A stretch of 64,000 nucleotides of DNA from Setoptus koraiensis (lineage: Eukaryota > Animalia > Arthropoda). Made by a program: the position numbers and the translations under genes. Location: positions 12,958,001 to 13,022,000 of the forward strand of contig CM106585.1 of NCBI GenBank assembly GCA_048013815.1, given 5' to 3'. Shown piece by piece: positions 51,498 to 64,000 of the stretch. Position 1 is the stretch's first letter; each line of letters starts with the position of its first letter. Below the pieces are notes generated by a model, which was not told the DNA's origin, searched no databases, and was given only the letters and a program-made list of their open reading frames with translations.

Positions 51498-52874
51498 ATG
51501 CAGATAGTTGGTGCTTTTCTGGCTAGTTTTTTATTCTTGTCCAATCCGGAAAAATGCGCCTAAAGACATTGAAAAGTACACATGTAGAATAGAATCGCGT
51601 GGGCACACCAGAAAAATGTTTGCGAAATAGCATTTCATCAGCGTGTTACACAAAGTAGAGGTAGCTCGAAAGTTGCCTGCTGTGGGCACTTTAGAAATGG
51701 AGGTCCCGAAATACTCGAGGCACTTTCGAAATATGTCTCAGTTTACAAGTACAAGAGCGAATTTTTTCTAGACTTCTACTATTTATTGCAGCACCCAATT
51801 TCGAGCAATTTCAGGGCGGGTATTCTTTGGAAACTTTCAGGCTGTGTGTGTATCGGGCGGGCAGGATCGACACGGCAATAATCAGAGGAAGAGGCGGAAA
51901 AATTAAATGGGGGAACGACGAATCAGAGCTGAATCAATGTGAGATTCGTGGAGATCTCAATCGCAGCAACACTATACAGATCTAGACGAAATTTTTGGCA
52001 TTCAAGACTTATACATTCGCCTGGAAAATGGTAGAAAAATAAACAATATTGATAACTTTTCTTTCCTCCACAATAAAGTATATTTACGAGCTATAATTAA
52101 ATGTAATCCAAATATAACTACAAATTTAATCAACACTAACTTCAACTTACAAGCGCTCAAGTGTATTTTTTTCGCAGAGACGCACGCACCAGCTTGCATA
52201 ACTCATCAGAAACACAAAGATCATCTGAACAATTCAGACTATGAATTTCAGAGCACGCTTTGAACGCATTTACAGGAGCGCATTTGCATTACTAAAATAT
52301 ACACATTTTCCTCTCGAGCCTCTCAAGCTGGGAGCCGCTAGATTGCGGTACTCGGAATTTCTGAACATTTCTAGCTTCCGAAATATTGGCCGAAAATCGT
52401 GTAAGAGCTGATTGACTCGAATTATTGTGCCGAAGCTGCCTGAGTTGGAGTGGAGATTTCCATCAGGTCTGGCTGTCTTTTATCTGCGAAATGTTTTTCG
52501 CGGCAATCGGGCTCAGTCTTGTCGGATCGAAGGCATGGTCGGTCTTTTCGGGACTGCCTACCTGAATTAGCGAGGCGAAAATTGGCATTTGTTGACACAC
52601 GTTTTTCGACTTTTGACCTAGAATTTCTCGGCTACAAACTAAGAATTGGTGTGCGCAAAAAGTTGTGAATTTTTCCACAAACCCGCATCACGTGTTCTCG
52701 TCATTGTTGTTCTTTTTTTACTCTGTACAGACGCCCACGCTATGGGACGAAAAATATGATTCACAGTTAGTTTGGGTATTTCTCACACGCTCCATGAGAC
52801 GCTTATCTGTTTATTTATTGAGGGTGAAGCGTTGGAAAAATTTGAATAGCTTATCGAAGCCGTGTGGCTTATGA
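51498..52874 (+). pseudogene. Apparently full-length pseudogene paralog of the family A secreted protein (31713-33011)
   Basis: Colinear motif matches across several frameshifts and stops (pseudogene vs intact gene): MQIVGAFLASFLFL vs MQMVLSLLLAVVEL; SRGHTRKMF vs SMGHLARLF; EVARK..GTLEME..RHF vs EIADKEGVMDLD..RNF; KYKSEFFLD (51747-51773) vs KYKLEEFLD; LENGRKINNI vs LEHKINCI; NLINTNFNLQALKC vs NLMSDVARRQGIYC; YWPK (52384-52395) vs RWPK; CAQKVVN vs LCQKYMN; FLTRSMRR vs YLTTFMCR. The span is similar to the intact gene. Confidence 0.72.
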
Positions 52875-53684
52875 ATGTCAATCGTGCAGTCAGGAGGCCA
52901 GTGCGGACTGCACGGCTGTGAGCCGGGCGTAGTTTTTCTTACGTGACAGGGGGTCATCAAAAATTCAAACTGCTATGAGTGAGCGTGTATTGTATCTTAT
53001 CGTAGCGGCAAATCTCAGATATTAAGCTCATGGCGGCACACGTTGAATGAGATTATTTCGCCTGACTAACCCTTCAGTCAAACTGGCGCACTCGGTGCAG
53101 CATGTGCGGTACAGCGATAGTGGCGTACAAATCCGGAAATAATGGCCATTATGTAACTGACTGTGATCTGGCGCCATTTATCTGCACAGTGGCTGGTCGT
53201 GTGGACACACACACACTGTGCAATATTGCATGAGTTATCTTGGAGATTTAACTTGACACTCAACATCAGCAACAGCAACAACAACAACCGCTGGCCGTTC
53301 GGGTGGCAAACAATTTGTTGTTGCAATAACATTAAACTACTACCGCTGGCCACGTTTCCGGGCGCGTTTGATGGACTGGCCAGTAGGTGGACAGAGGCAG
53401 CGGCTGCGGCTGAAGCTGCGGCAACAGCAGCAGAATATAGTTATAGCGCACGTATATTTATTGTTACGTGTCTAGCTTAATGTAATGTGTGCCGGCCGGC
53501 CGGTTTATTTGGCCAGCTCGAAAGTTGCTAGGCAACGCACATTAGTCACAAGGTTGTTTTTGTGGGCACCCGGCGGCCCCACGATGGGCCGTAATTCGTC
53601 GATCGATTGCCTGATTATTTATGTTATTTTATGCGCGATATGTCTGGTCAATATTTACCGGATTGCAGCAGCAACAACAACAGC

Positions 53685-53718
<34 letters not shown>

Positions 53719-56699
53719 GTGGCACACAAAAAGCGGACCCACTGGACCATACTGTGTTCATTAGTGCACTGAATGTAGTGTGCATGTAACGCAAATGTGA
53801 CTATCGCCGGCTGCTGGCTTGCCAAACAACAAACAACAACGACGGTGCACCGGCGGCAACCATCATGATGCAACCGATAATGCAGATAAAAATTGCGCCC
53901 CTTCCGTTATTTCGCTACTCTGTTACTGTGTGTTGGCATGCTCTGCTGGCCACTTCATTTCAGCCATTCATTGGTAGTAGTGTGGTATGAATTTCGTAGC
54001 ACACTATCAATGAATACCAGTTTAATAGTGGGCCGTCGTTTTTTGGCGAGCTAGCCGCAAGCTCGTGGGTGCGCGCCACGCCGATCTGTTTAAACAGGGG
54101 CTAATTCCGAGAGACGCCGCCAGCGAATAAGATAAAGAGTATAGAGTAAGTGTGAGATAAAGTGTGTGCGTGTGTGTGTGTTGCGTGAAAGTTACATAAC
54201 TCCGATATGATGATTATGATGCAACATTTGTGCGGATATTGTGTGCGCTATCAATTGTTCCTTGCGATCATCATTGGGTGCAGAGTAATCGCTGGCCGGC
54301 CAGGCCGGCCGGCCGGCAAGATTTGCGAATAAACGATCTGACAATTGTCGTGTCGAATTGCATCATCCATCCAACTCGGTGGCACGACAACTGAACACAC
54401 ACACACCCACACACTGAACTTGCCAGCGTTTATCGTCATCATCAAACACTCTCTTTACACTGTATTACACAGTGGGTATAAATGGGGCCCGTGCAACTGT
54501 GTTCCGTCGGGCCCCATACAAACATATACATTTAGATACTTGTACGCGCGTGGTGTCGTTGCGCGCCAACCGTATTCACTTGCGCCCCTTGAAAGCCCGA
54601 GTAAGTAAATATCGACAAACTGCGGCCCGACTCAGCGATTGGTTGCAAGCAAGTTGCAACTGGCGACGCGGTGAGCCGGCCAAGCAATTGTTTGTCGTGC
54701 CACAATGCCAACTTTTGCCCAAATGGGTGCCCCGAACGGGGCCCCCGTACTCAAACACAACAAAATAGCTCTGTGTGTGTGTATTAGCCCGGCTAGCTGG
54801 GGCCGCTTGGCCTCGGCTGGCCCATGTTTGTGTGTTCTCATCATTTAATCATCTAACCATTAGAACCATTAGCTGCTGCCTGCTCGTGTGCATGGTGTAA
54901 ATAATGAACACACACCATGCCAGAGTGATGATAGTGACGACGACAAGCGAAAACGAATACACTGTCACATTACGTTACTCGTGTGAGTAATGACAATAAG
55001 TTATGCCACCTCCGATTATGTAACTCTAGCAAGATTTTTGCCAACAGCGTCGGCGTCGTCGCCATAGTCGTCACTATCACCCAGCTACCTAAATCCCAGT
55101 GTCTGGACGCTGCAACCAAATGATGTGCCAATGAATTGCTAATGTGAAAGTTTATCATTCCCTTGTTGTCGGTTATCGCGCTATTGTGCCTGTCGTAACC
55201 TTGCATCGTTTATCCTTGGCTCATCAAACTCACCGGTGATGAGTCTCACTCATTACACAGCGATCTGCTGAATATTTCCTAAAATTATAGTTATTCATAC
55301 TAGTTATACCATGTGCTCTTGCATAATGGCCCGCTTGCCTGCTCAACAACAATTGATCGCTTTAGCCAACCGAGGCAAAAGAGATTTGTTGTCGAGAGAG
55401 AGAGAGTGATATTCATTTGTGCCCTTGCTCTCTCGCTCAAAAGCGCACGAGATCCGGCACGAGATTTACTGAACAGCAGCCATCTACGAAAATCTGTCTG
55501 TGTATCAAATTGTGATTTATTCGCTTGTTTTGTCGGACAGGTTCGGCTGCCTCAAAATTGCCCCAGGTTTCAACAATAACAAGCCATTTCAACTCACTTA
55601 CACACTGTTAGGGCACACATTCGTTCATCACTGTGATGCAATGCGTCACAGTCTATGGCCAATGGGCACCATGAATGAATTACAGCGATTCAATGCATAA
55701 TGCTCTTGACTTCATTTTATTCACACTCTACGTGCAGCTCCATAATGATCAGTGCCATCAACTCCAACAATAACATACCGATATGGGGATCGAATCGGGT
55801 GGCTTAAGTCATTACACTCGGGTCCGATAATCTGGTCCTCATTTCGAAATAACCAAAAATCAAAACAGCGATTGATCGATACAACGAGTAGCCGGAACAA
55901 TGAATTAACAATAATGAAGTGCAACTTAGAACAATGAAGTCGCGAGCGATCAAAGTCTAATGAATGGAGCTGATCAAGTTAACAATAAGTAAATAATTGA
56001 TTCACTGAATGTTTCGTGCCTTATCACTAGTTACTTATGCTGCTACCTATCTGAGCCTTGGCCTCTTCGGTTGACCCAATAACACCTCGTTGGGCTAACA
56101 AACTACAACGTCTATAAAACGGATAAAGCATTGACCATGAGAGAATATAATCAAATCGATCCACGATTCAACATCTGACTGAGGAATTTCTATTTGCCAT
56201 GAGTCAGCAGATGAAAGAAATAATTATGTCTATCGACGGTGAATTATCACAATCTTACGCTTTCGTCGGAAAGACAACAGTAGATTTGCATCCGGTGTCT
56301 GTCTGGCCATTGTTTCTGGTCAAGGGCAACTTCCCAATAAAATTGGCAATTTGAATGAGCACAATGAGAAAAACATTGTGGCGTTACATCAACTGGAATC
56401 ATGAGAGACTGGAATCATGAGAGCTTTCTAGCAGCCACAGGCTATGCCTCATCATTTCTTCCATCGCGGATATTGCTCCATTTCTGTCTATGGCATCCAA
56501 CAAATTCTTTCAATAATGTCTACCCTCAAGGCAATATAGGCATATGTCGATACCCAATAATATCACAACTGCTTAACTGTCCTTTAAGCAGTTCTTGCAA
56601 TCCACAAAACTCTAGAAAAAGTTTCTTGTGTGTCACAAGGAATGGCAAACAAAATTAAAGCACAAGTGCCAGTAGATAAAAGGTTCGATGGATCATCAG

Positions 56700-57511
56700 T
56701 AGGGAGAACAGAATCGGTTATTAGCCGAAATTTTTCGGGTGATGGCATAACTCTAAGACTTCGTATTTGGGCCAGACCGACTTAGATAGATCTTTTAAGG
56801 CCTGTTTGAATCAACCGAAAACACCGAAATCAGGTTGTAAGAACCGTAAAAACCGAAAATAGATTATTTTCCCGCGAGAGCAATTCAATTGCGTTGTGAC
56901 TGCGTGGGTGTGACTGTGCGATCAGAGTTTGCAGTATACTAGTACTTTCTTACACACAGGGTGTAATTAACACAGTGTTCAACGGGTTGAACGCTGTTAT
57001 ATAATCCGTTGGATAACAAAATCCGTTGACTATTTCTTCTTGATTGATTCAATAACCAAATTGGAGGCAAGAAATATGAGACTTGATGATTCAGTCAAGC
57101 TAGTTGGCGAAACTTTTGATAGAATCCAACAATGTAAGCTGCCAGAGCCTAAAGCCAAGGTTGAACAATCTATCGCAAAGAATCCTGATTATGTGGAGCT
57201 ACTCCAAATTGAGGACCTCACTACTAGACTTAAGTTTAAATATGCGCCGATCACATCATGCGATGTCGAGAGATCTTTCTCTTGCACAAAGGCGATATTA
57301 GAAGCTGATAGATCTAGATTTACCGAACAGAATCTTGAGTTTCATTATATCATAAATTTCAATTCTTTCTTGCTAGATGATAAACAAAACGTAACCATCC
57401 AATAAATGAAACAACATCGGTTTTAAAAACCGAAATAACCGAAAAGTGGCACCTTCCCAAATGATAAAAACCGATTTTGTCTGCTTTTAATCATCGATTC
57501 TGTTCTCCCTA
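56700..57511 (+). mobile_element. Non-autonomous (internally deleted) hAT DNA transposon, 812 bp
   Basis: Perfect 17-bp TIRs TAGGGAGAACAGAATCG (56700-56716 and 57495-57511). Perfect 8-bp TSD ATCATCAG (56692-56699 and 57512-57519). Clustered subterminal (A)ACCGAAA motifs at both ends and an internal transposase fragment. Confidence 0.95.
57040..57405 (+). pseudogene. C-terminal fragment (121 aa) of a hAT-like transposase, dimerization region
   Basis: The motif FKYAPITSCDVERSFS..K.IL...R.RFT..NL matches the hAT C-terminal dimerization signature (SxxxERxFS). No ATG start, and the BED finger and catalytic core are absent. Confidence 0.85.
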
Positions 57512-60500
57512 ATCATCAGCTAATCACTGTCCAGAAAATTCATTCATCATCCCTAATTCAGTGATCAATAATATTGAACACTGTCGTTTCGCTGCTTTGT
57601 ACCTAGAGGTAGTTTCGCTGTTTCGGTCTTCTCCCTCAAGGAAAATCCAATGAGAGAAATATATCGAGTGTCAGATTCATTGAGATGTTCTCTTTGGAGA
57701 AAAATTCGTGTTTGAGTGAAAAAAAATGGAAAAGACATTGCGTGCGAAAAAGGATAAATATATGAAACTTGATGCATTTGTTGTGGAACGGCTCCGTACT
57801 CGTTCTACTATCCCGATCTCTGTCTATCCAAGAAGAGTGAATGCATTCGCCTCAATGTACTCGCCGTTACTATTGGTGTGCTTATGAGGTAAAAAGTCAT
57901 GACTCTATTGTTCAAAATTTGTGACTATGTGTGAAAGCTGGCGCAAAATATTGAATTGAATGTCGCTTGCTCCATCTATGCCTTTTATTTTGTCTGAATG
58001 TAGACATATTGATGCACTTGGAGAGAAAGGAATTCCTTTCTTATAGTAGTTGACGGCCACTAGGAGAGCGGTTTTATTAACTGAAAATCGAGTTTCGAGT
58101 TGCATTCTCTTCAACTTTTTCTGGTTGTTTCACATCCGGACCATTTCTGAGCATCCGAATATTTACCCGAAATTCGTGCCGTTCAGATAGTAGTTGTAAC
58201 AGCTGGCTTTTGCACACGGCGTAGTTTTTTTTGTTCAATTTATTTTTTCGGACCCTGCGGTCTTGCGTAAATAAGCAAAGCGAGTGTGTACAGGCATGCT
58301 CAATTACTAATGTCTCACACAGCACTGGGTATACGTAGAACAAAATAAAATAAATAAATCAATTGTTGGTACGAGAAAAGAGAGGTGCTCGGTTGGAATT
58401 GATCCCATATTCGAATTCCAGTGTGAAGGGGGGGGGGGGCAAGAACACAGTAGTCGGGTATCTGTGAGCAGCTCGACGACAATTTTTGTGCAATTTACTC
58501 GAATGGACGCTAATTGAGTAACCCATGAGGTAAATCGGATAAATCGTTAGTAGCGCGGACATCAAGAACATATGCTGTGCGGATTATGCAAATTTCTAAC
58601 AGCGGTGGAAAACTGATATTATTGCGTGCTCAGCTGAAGCTGCCAACGGGATTAACACGATTCGCTATAGGCATTGGTATTGCGGCCTTGGCATCAGTGA
58701 TTGGATATTTAGATCATGTACAATGTTTGCATCCCTTATAATAATGAAACAAGATTATAAATGTTTATTGGGTGCAGTTGTAATTTACACTTGCAGAGTC
58801 AGTTCAATTTTTTGCCCCATCTTTGCCAACATTTTTCTGGGCCCATTCCGATGGGGACGCGCCGAGAGGAGGGAAAAAACAAACTGATTTGAGGTGGCGA
58901 AAAATTGATAAGAACACGCAGAAAGCATCAAATATTTAATTGATGTAGATGCCGCACGTTATGCTGCTCATTGGAGCGAATACGGTCATCGCAAGTATCG
59001 CGGATCTTATCTGATGCAGCGCAACATGAGGCCCCAAAGATGCTCTATCTTATCTTTATACGTTCGAGCGACACTGGCAATTTCCTCCCGGCGGAACAAC
59101 TGTCAAGGCGATGCCAAAATTAAACTTTTGCAACTCACAGAATCGATCGTATGTATCAATTATCCTGATGTTGCCCGTCCGATTGCGCTAATCTGATGTG
59201 TCTGATTGAGTCTAACCAACAGCGGCTCGCAAAACGAATTCACATTTACATCGCAGTCGAGCGTCGTCGTCATTGCAAGTCGCCCTCGTCATGTGGCGCC
59301 CAAATTGTGATTAATCTGTTTTGTGTCAGTGGGCATAAACTGAGCTCTACTTGCACACTTCTGGCCCCCAAAAATGTCTGGCTAGACCGCACGGGCACTG
59401 TCGCTCTGGGCACATTTGCACACTCTGGTGGATGGCAAACAGTTGAATGCAGGTTCGAGAATTGATTTGTGCCTCCAGTCAAATATTTTTTCCATTTGGG
59501 GATGGACCTTGCAGTTTGCATCTTGGCTCTCCAAGGAGACGTTACTTTTTTCGAGACTAGAAACGGGAGAGAAATCGAATTAAGTTTCGCTACGCTTGTA
59601 TATTGGGCGCGCTTCGGCGCGTCAGTTGTGCCATCCGAAGCGTCCCTGATGGCGCCATAATTCCAAAAGTTTGCATTTAGGCCAAACTCACCAATTGAGC
59701 CCTGTTTATTTACACCGAAAACATTTCGAAAATTTCGAACGAAAATTTCAATTTTTTCCGTGGTGAAAACGAAAAAACGCGGTCTGACGCGCGGTTTGAT
59801 CGCACAATTTTCTGACAATTCTATTCGCTATATAACCACGCAAACTGCTGCTGTGACGCAATGTGTGACTAGCTCGCCAATCGATAGTTTATTCTTGTTG
59901 TGTGTGTGTGGCGACAAAAATGACATTTTCCGTTGTTGCAAATTCAATATTTGGGATGGCGATTCGCCGAACTGAAACAGTTGGCAACTCTATACGTAAT
60001 TTGTTGTTTTGTTTTCATCGCTATAGCATTCATGCTATTAGCGTGGCAATTTTTCGTCTTCATTGTTTCTGGCTGCGGCGTGGCTGGCCGGGGCCAAATT
60101 GTTTGATGGCAGGATTACGACGGGATCGATGGCACGAAGCACCAGAGACGAGATGACACAATAGATTAGAGCCTGTACCCTAATACAGTACAGTGTGTTT
60201 TTGTTGATAGATAGCCGTTGTTTGCGCGAGCGAGATATCGCCAGAGATCCCGTTATATCACAACTTGATATAAATACAACGGGCGCTGTACGTGCGCCTA
60301 TCTGTTCGCAAACCAGTGAGTCCCCGTTGGCTCTGGCCGTTGGTGGCCTCAGCACGGAATCCGCAGTGCGGATCACAGAGAAATGTGTGGAGCGCAGAGA
60401 ACGGGCTGGATGGAAATCGAATGGCCAAGATCTCAAATGTCAATTGGGATCTGCTCTGATTGAGTATCCTATTTATACGGCCGTCAGACCATTAGAGCTG

Positions 60501-60617
60501 CATTAGATGGTCGCTGACGTGCGCCGGCAACGCTCGGCGAGAGATCGGCCCGCTGTGAGAGGTCTGTCGGTACCGCGCTCGGCTCTGGTATTGTCGGCGG
60601 AATAGCGAATTGCGGCC

Positions 60618-60686
60618 GCGGGTGCGGTATTGTTGCGGGCGCGGGTGCGGTATTGTTGCGGGCGCGGGTGCGGTATTGTTGCGGCC
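60618..60686. repeat. 23-bp tandem repeat (gcgggtgcggtattgttgcgggc) x3
   Basis: Copies at 60618, 60641 and 60664. Confidence 0.9.
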
Positions 60687-62492
60687 GCCAACAACATGCT
60701 AATAAATGGACTGACGTTGGCAACTTGCAACTGATTCCAATTGACGACAGCCACTGATTTAGTTGCTGACTGACTGACTCTATCTCTGCGCCGCTGCTGC
60801 TGGCAAATAGACCAATTGTCTAACTAATGTCCATGTTGGCCGCTTAGCCGCTGCCTGTCAGCTGTCGGCCGGCCGGGCCCGATGTTTGGCCCCAATCAGG
60901 CGGCCGGCGAGTCGTTGATGGCCGAAGCCGAGCCCACACAACAACACACAAGCACACACACACACACAGACGCTTTTGCACACGGCGCGACCATTGGTTA
61001 TTTTTGGCGCCTATAGGCCTCATATTTAGGCGCTAATCGGAAATGAGCGCCTAGCGACATTCGCGATTCGCTGATTTGACCATTTGTGCGTGTTGTTACA
61101 AATTTGCGCCACCGCACAGTTCACACATGACACCACACGGACACCGCACGGGTACCGCACCGACACCGCGCGGACACCACGCGGACACCACGCGGACACC
61201 AGGCGCACTACACAATTGCATCATTGCATTAGACGGTTGCTGTTGTGCGGTTGTTGTGCGGCCGACGGCTGGCAGCCCGCCAAGCACAACCACACTGCAA
61301 ATAAAGATAATTCGAATATAATAATAATTTATCTACTCCTGATAGGGCAAGCCAAGGTCCAGGGGCCCCTCTCACAGCGCTGGTGAGCGAGCGGCTGGCT
61401 GGGCGAAAACGCTGACACGAGCCTATCGCTTCAACCAGCTGGGCCTCGCTTGTTCGTACTAGGTAATGTGCGTGCCCGACAATTGAGCAACCCAATTCTA
61501 AAGCAAACTAAATTTCTATTCACATGTATGACGCTGCAACTATAACTGCTGTTGTGTGTGAGTCTTTGCACACCGGCCAGCCACTCACAAATTGTCAGAT
61601 AAACCGACACTAATGACGCACGAGCACAGTGAAGCTATTTGGGGGGCCAGTTGTAATGTCGCCTAAATGCTAAACGCGAAACCGCATGCTGGCCGATGCG
61701 GCCGATCTCGAGGCGCTCGCGTATCCTCAATATTCCAAGCAACGGTGCTCATTGTGACAGCCGACGATGCGGTGCGTGCCAGCATTTGCCAGTAGGCAAG
61801 TAATGGTGCCAATAGAGCGCCAACGGAACTAGACAGCAGCGGGCAGCATTCATGGCGGTGCGAACGACCCTAGGTACTGTCTGTCTCAACATATAAATAT
61901 ATGCGCTAATATACAGTTAAATATCAGGTGCATGAACTGTGCAATTGAATTAACTGCACACACCATTGCAGCCATGATGCGGCGTTGAAAATTTTGCCCC
62001 CTCTGCTCATACAGTTATGCAATGTGTCTCACTGGTACTATTATTTAAATTCAACTTGTGTGTTGGTGCAACTCAATTAGGTGATTAGCGAGCTCATGGG
62101 CAGTTCAGTTCATTGCTTTTGCCCAAGGTCAAGCCCGGTTCATCTGTGAATATCCACAACGATGAATAGATCTGGTTGGTTGATGCTGCCGGCCAGATCA
62201 AGCACCGTCGCTAACTGAAACAGTGTATCCGAGCGTGAATATCAGAACTGAACTTGAATTGCTGTTGCTAATGCTGTTATAAATTAGGTTAGGCCGTTGC
62301 GCAACGTGAGCTGCTGTTGTGAGCATTTTCAGACGCCACTATAACCGCTTCAAGGGAGATCCGCCAGAGGCGCACAAAGATGAGCAGCAAAACGCAGACA
62401 GCGTTTCAATAAATGCGTGTGTGTTGGGGGGCCCCCCTTTTGATCACTTGACCTCGATGTTGTGGCGCCAATTGTCGAGCTGGCACTCTCAC

Positions 62493-62575
62493 CGCTTGCA
62501 GAAGCAGGCGTAGAGCAGCGCCGCCCTGTCGGCGAATCGCTTGAAGCAGGTTCGGGTGGGGACACACGGGCAAAG
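62493..62575 (-). CDS. Probable 83-nt internal coding exon ((T)FARVSPPEPASSDSPTGRRCSTPASAS)
   Basis: Flanked by the acceptor ...tacgctgtcAG and the donor GTgaga. It accepts the phase-2 end of the 63042 exon in an open, S/P-rich frame. Confidence 0.55.
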
Positions 62576-63041
62576 CTGACAGCGTAAATATTTATGTATT
62601 ACATAATATGTAATAGTAGTGGACGTAATTGAGTGCTCTAGATTGTTGCAGCACACAAATGATGGGCAGACACTCCAAACCGGCTAACTCATTGCGTCAG
62701 CCTCATGGCCGGCCACTCAAGCCGAGAGCCCGAAGTGGGTTTGTTAGTGGGGCCGGCAATTATTAGCAGTAATTATGTTTGCGATAGTCGCATGTGTCGC
62801 CGTGAGTGTCGCACCAAGCGATTTGTCTAATCTATTTATGGCAAATTTCTTATTATTGTGAGTTATTATTGCCAGTTATCATTATGAGTTATTATTGCAA
62901 GTTATCATCATTATGAGCTGTTATTGTGGCTGACTGGCGAGCTCGACGCGAGCCAGAGCGCAAGCACAAAAAAAAGTCAGCCGCTGATCTGAAATTTGAC
63001 AGCCAGAGATTAGGGAGAGATTGTGTGTTTGGGCGACTCAC

Positions 63042-64000
63042 GTTTTGATTGTTTGCTCGTCAAACAGCTGATGGCTGCTAGCTTGATGATGCAAATTGAA
63101 CTGGTGGCGATGATGATGACGAACACGATGATAATTGGTCAGATCTAGCGACGACAATGACAGGTGATTGGAGGCCTGATCGGCCAGTGTCGTTCTTAGG
63201 CCCTTGAGAGTTTTTTGGTGGGCGCCAATTGTCAGTTGTTGTTGTTGTTTGCACGTGTCTTGACTGTCACCGCCGATTGTTGTTGGCTGCTGTTGCTGGC
63301 TTGCCACTAATGCACCGGCCAGCGACCGCTGCTGTTTCAGCTGGGCCCTGTTGCTGCTGTAAACAGTGGCCAGATCTTGTTGATTGTCGCCGGTTGTTGC
63401 TTGCTGGTTGTTGTTGTTGCTGCTGCTGCCCGATGACATGCCGATGAGAGGCGTCAGTGACACTTGTTGTCGAAGTTTCAATTTTTTACTGATGCCACCG
63501 GCTGCAATTTGCAATTTGCCCGGCGACATTGGGGCACTTATTTGCGCACTTATGCACGCTGGCTGCTGTTGTTGCTGATGATGATGATATTGTTGTTGTT
63601 GTTGCTGTTGTTGTTGCTGTTGTTGATCGCGCCACGGAGTGGCGCTGCCACAGGCGGCACCCGAGACCGCAAGACGACGCCTATGAGTGAATTTTTGATT
63701 TGGCTCGTCGCCACAAATTGCAGCCGACATGCCGGCCGGCATTCGCTGGCTGTCAGCCGGCGAGCCAATCGAGGCCGACAGCTCGCCGGCGCGGCCCACC
63801 GACAGCTGAGCGCCACTGTCGCTGGGTCGCGTACTCTGGCGCGTCAACACACGGGCCGGTTGGCATGACGCAAGCGACAATTGCGAGCCGCCACGTTCTA
63901 GCGCCGCACTGTTGCCGCCGGCGCAAACAAAATCGGGCTCGCTGTCGCTGTCAACTTGGTCACCCGGCGTGTCGCCATACTCTGACAGCATCATCAGCTG
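63042..64000 (-). CDS. Coding exon of a poly-Q/low-complexity protein, 5' end outside the window
   Basis: The frame is open from the window edge through ...HQLFDEQTIK. The apparent stop at 63038-63040 lies inside a canonical donor (aaaac/GTGAGT at 63041). No domain recognised. Confidence 0.8.

Noticed and set aside
59270-59818. 182-aa minus ORF containing KMQTARS, reminiscent of the histone H3 tail
   Set aside because: No histone fold follows and the match is only a few residues. The ORF is left unassigned.
63011-63020. TAGGGAGAGA resembling the hAT TIR start
   Set aside because: Only 8 bases match; there are no subterminal motifs, partner end or TSD.

Overview
Eukaryotic genomic DNA, most plausibly arthropod; a mite-like origin is an inference from the repeat landscape and gene style. 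I recognised no rRNA, tRNA, CRISPR or operon features. The backbone is GC-richer, largely non-coding, and full of (CAA/CAG)n and (CA)n microsatellites and short tandem duplications. It carries minus-strand low-complexity coding exons at both ends. On the left is a stop-free frame of 1,822 codons from the ATG at 5468 that runs off the window and is missing from the ORF track. On the right is a poly-Q exon at 63042-64000, followed by a probable 83-nt exon at 62493-62575. Between about 30 and 60 kb lie visibly AT-richer, repeat-poor islands. They contain two intact single-exon genes for orphan signal-peptide proteins (31713-33011 and 40749-41903), an apparently full-length pseudogene of the first (51498-52874), and a probable second decayed copy on the opposite strand (about 38.7-39.8 kb). 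The islands also hold a complete internally deleted hAT transposon with 17-bp TIRs and an 8-bp TSD (56700-57511), an older related hAT end (34298), and a foldback of about 390 bp (38.1-38.5 kb). Five compact near-perfect hairpins lie between 8.5 and 24.2 kb. The best candidate for an undescribed system is the island cluster of lineage-specific secreted proteins, possibly effectors, undergoing birth-and-death evolution alongside hAT activity. All protein alignments were made by eye and no searches were run.
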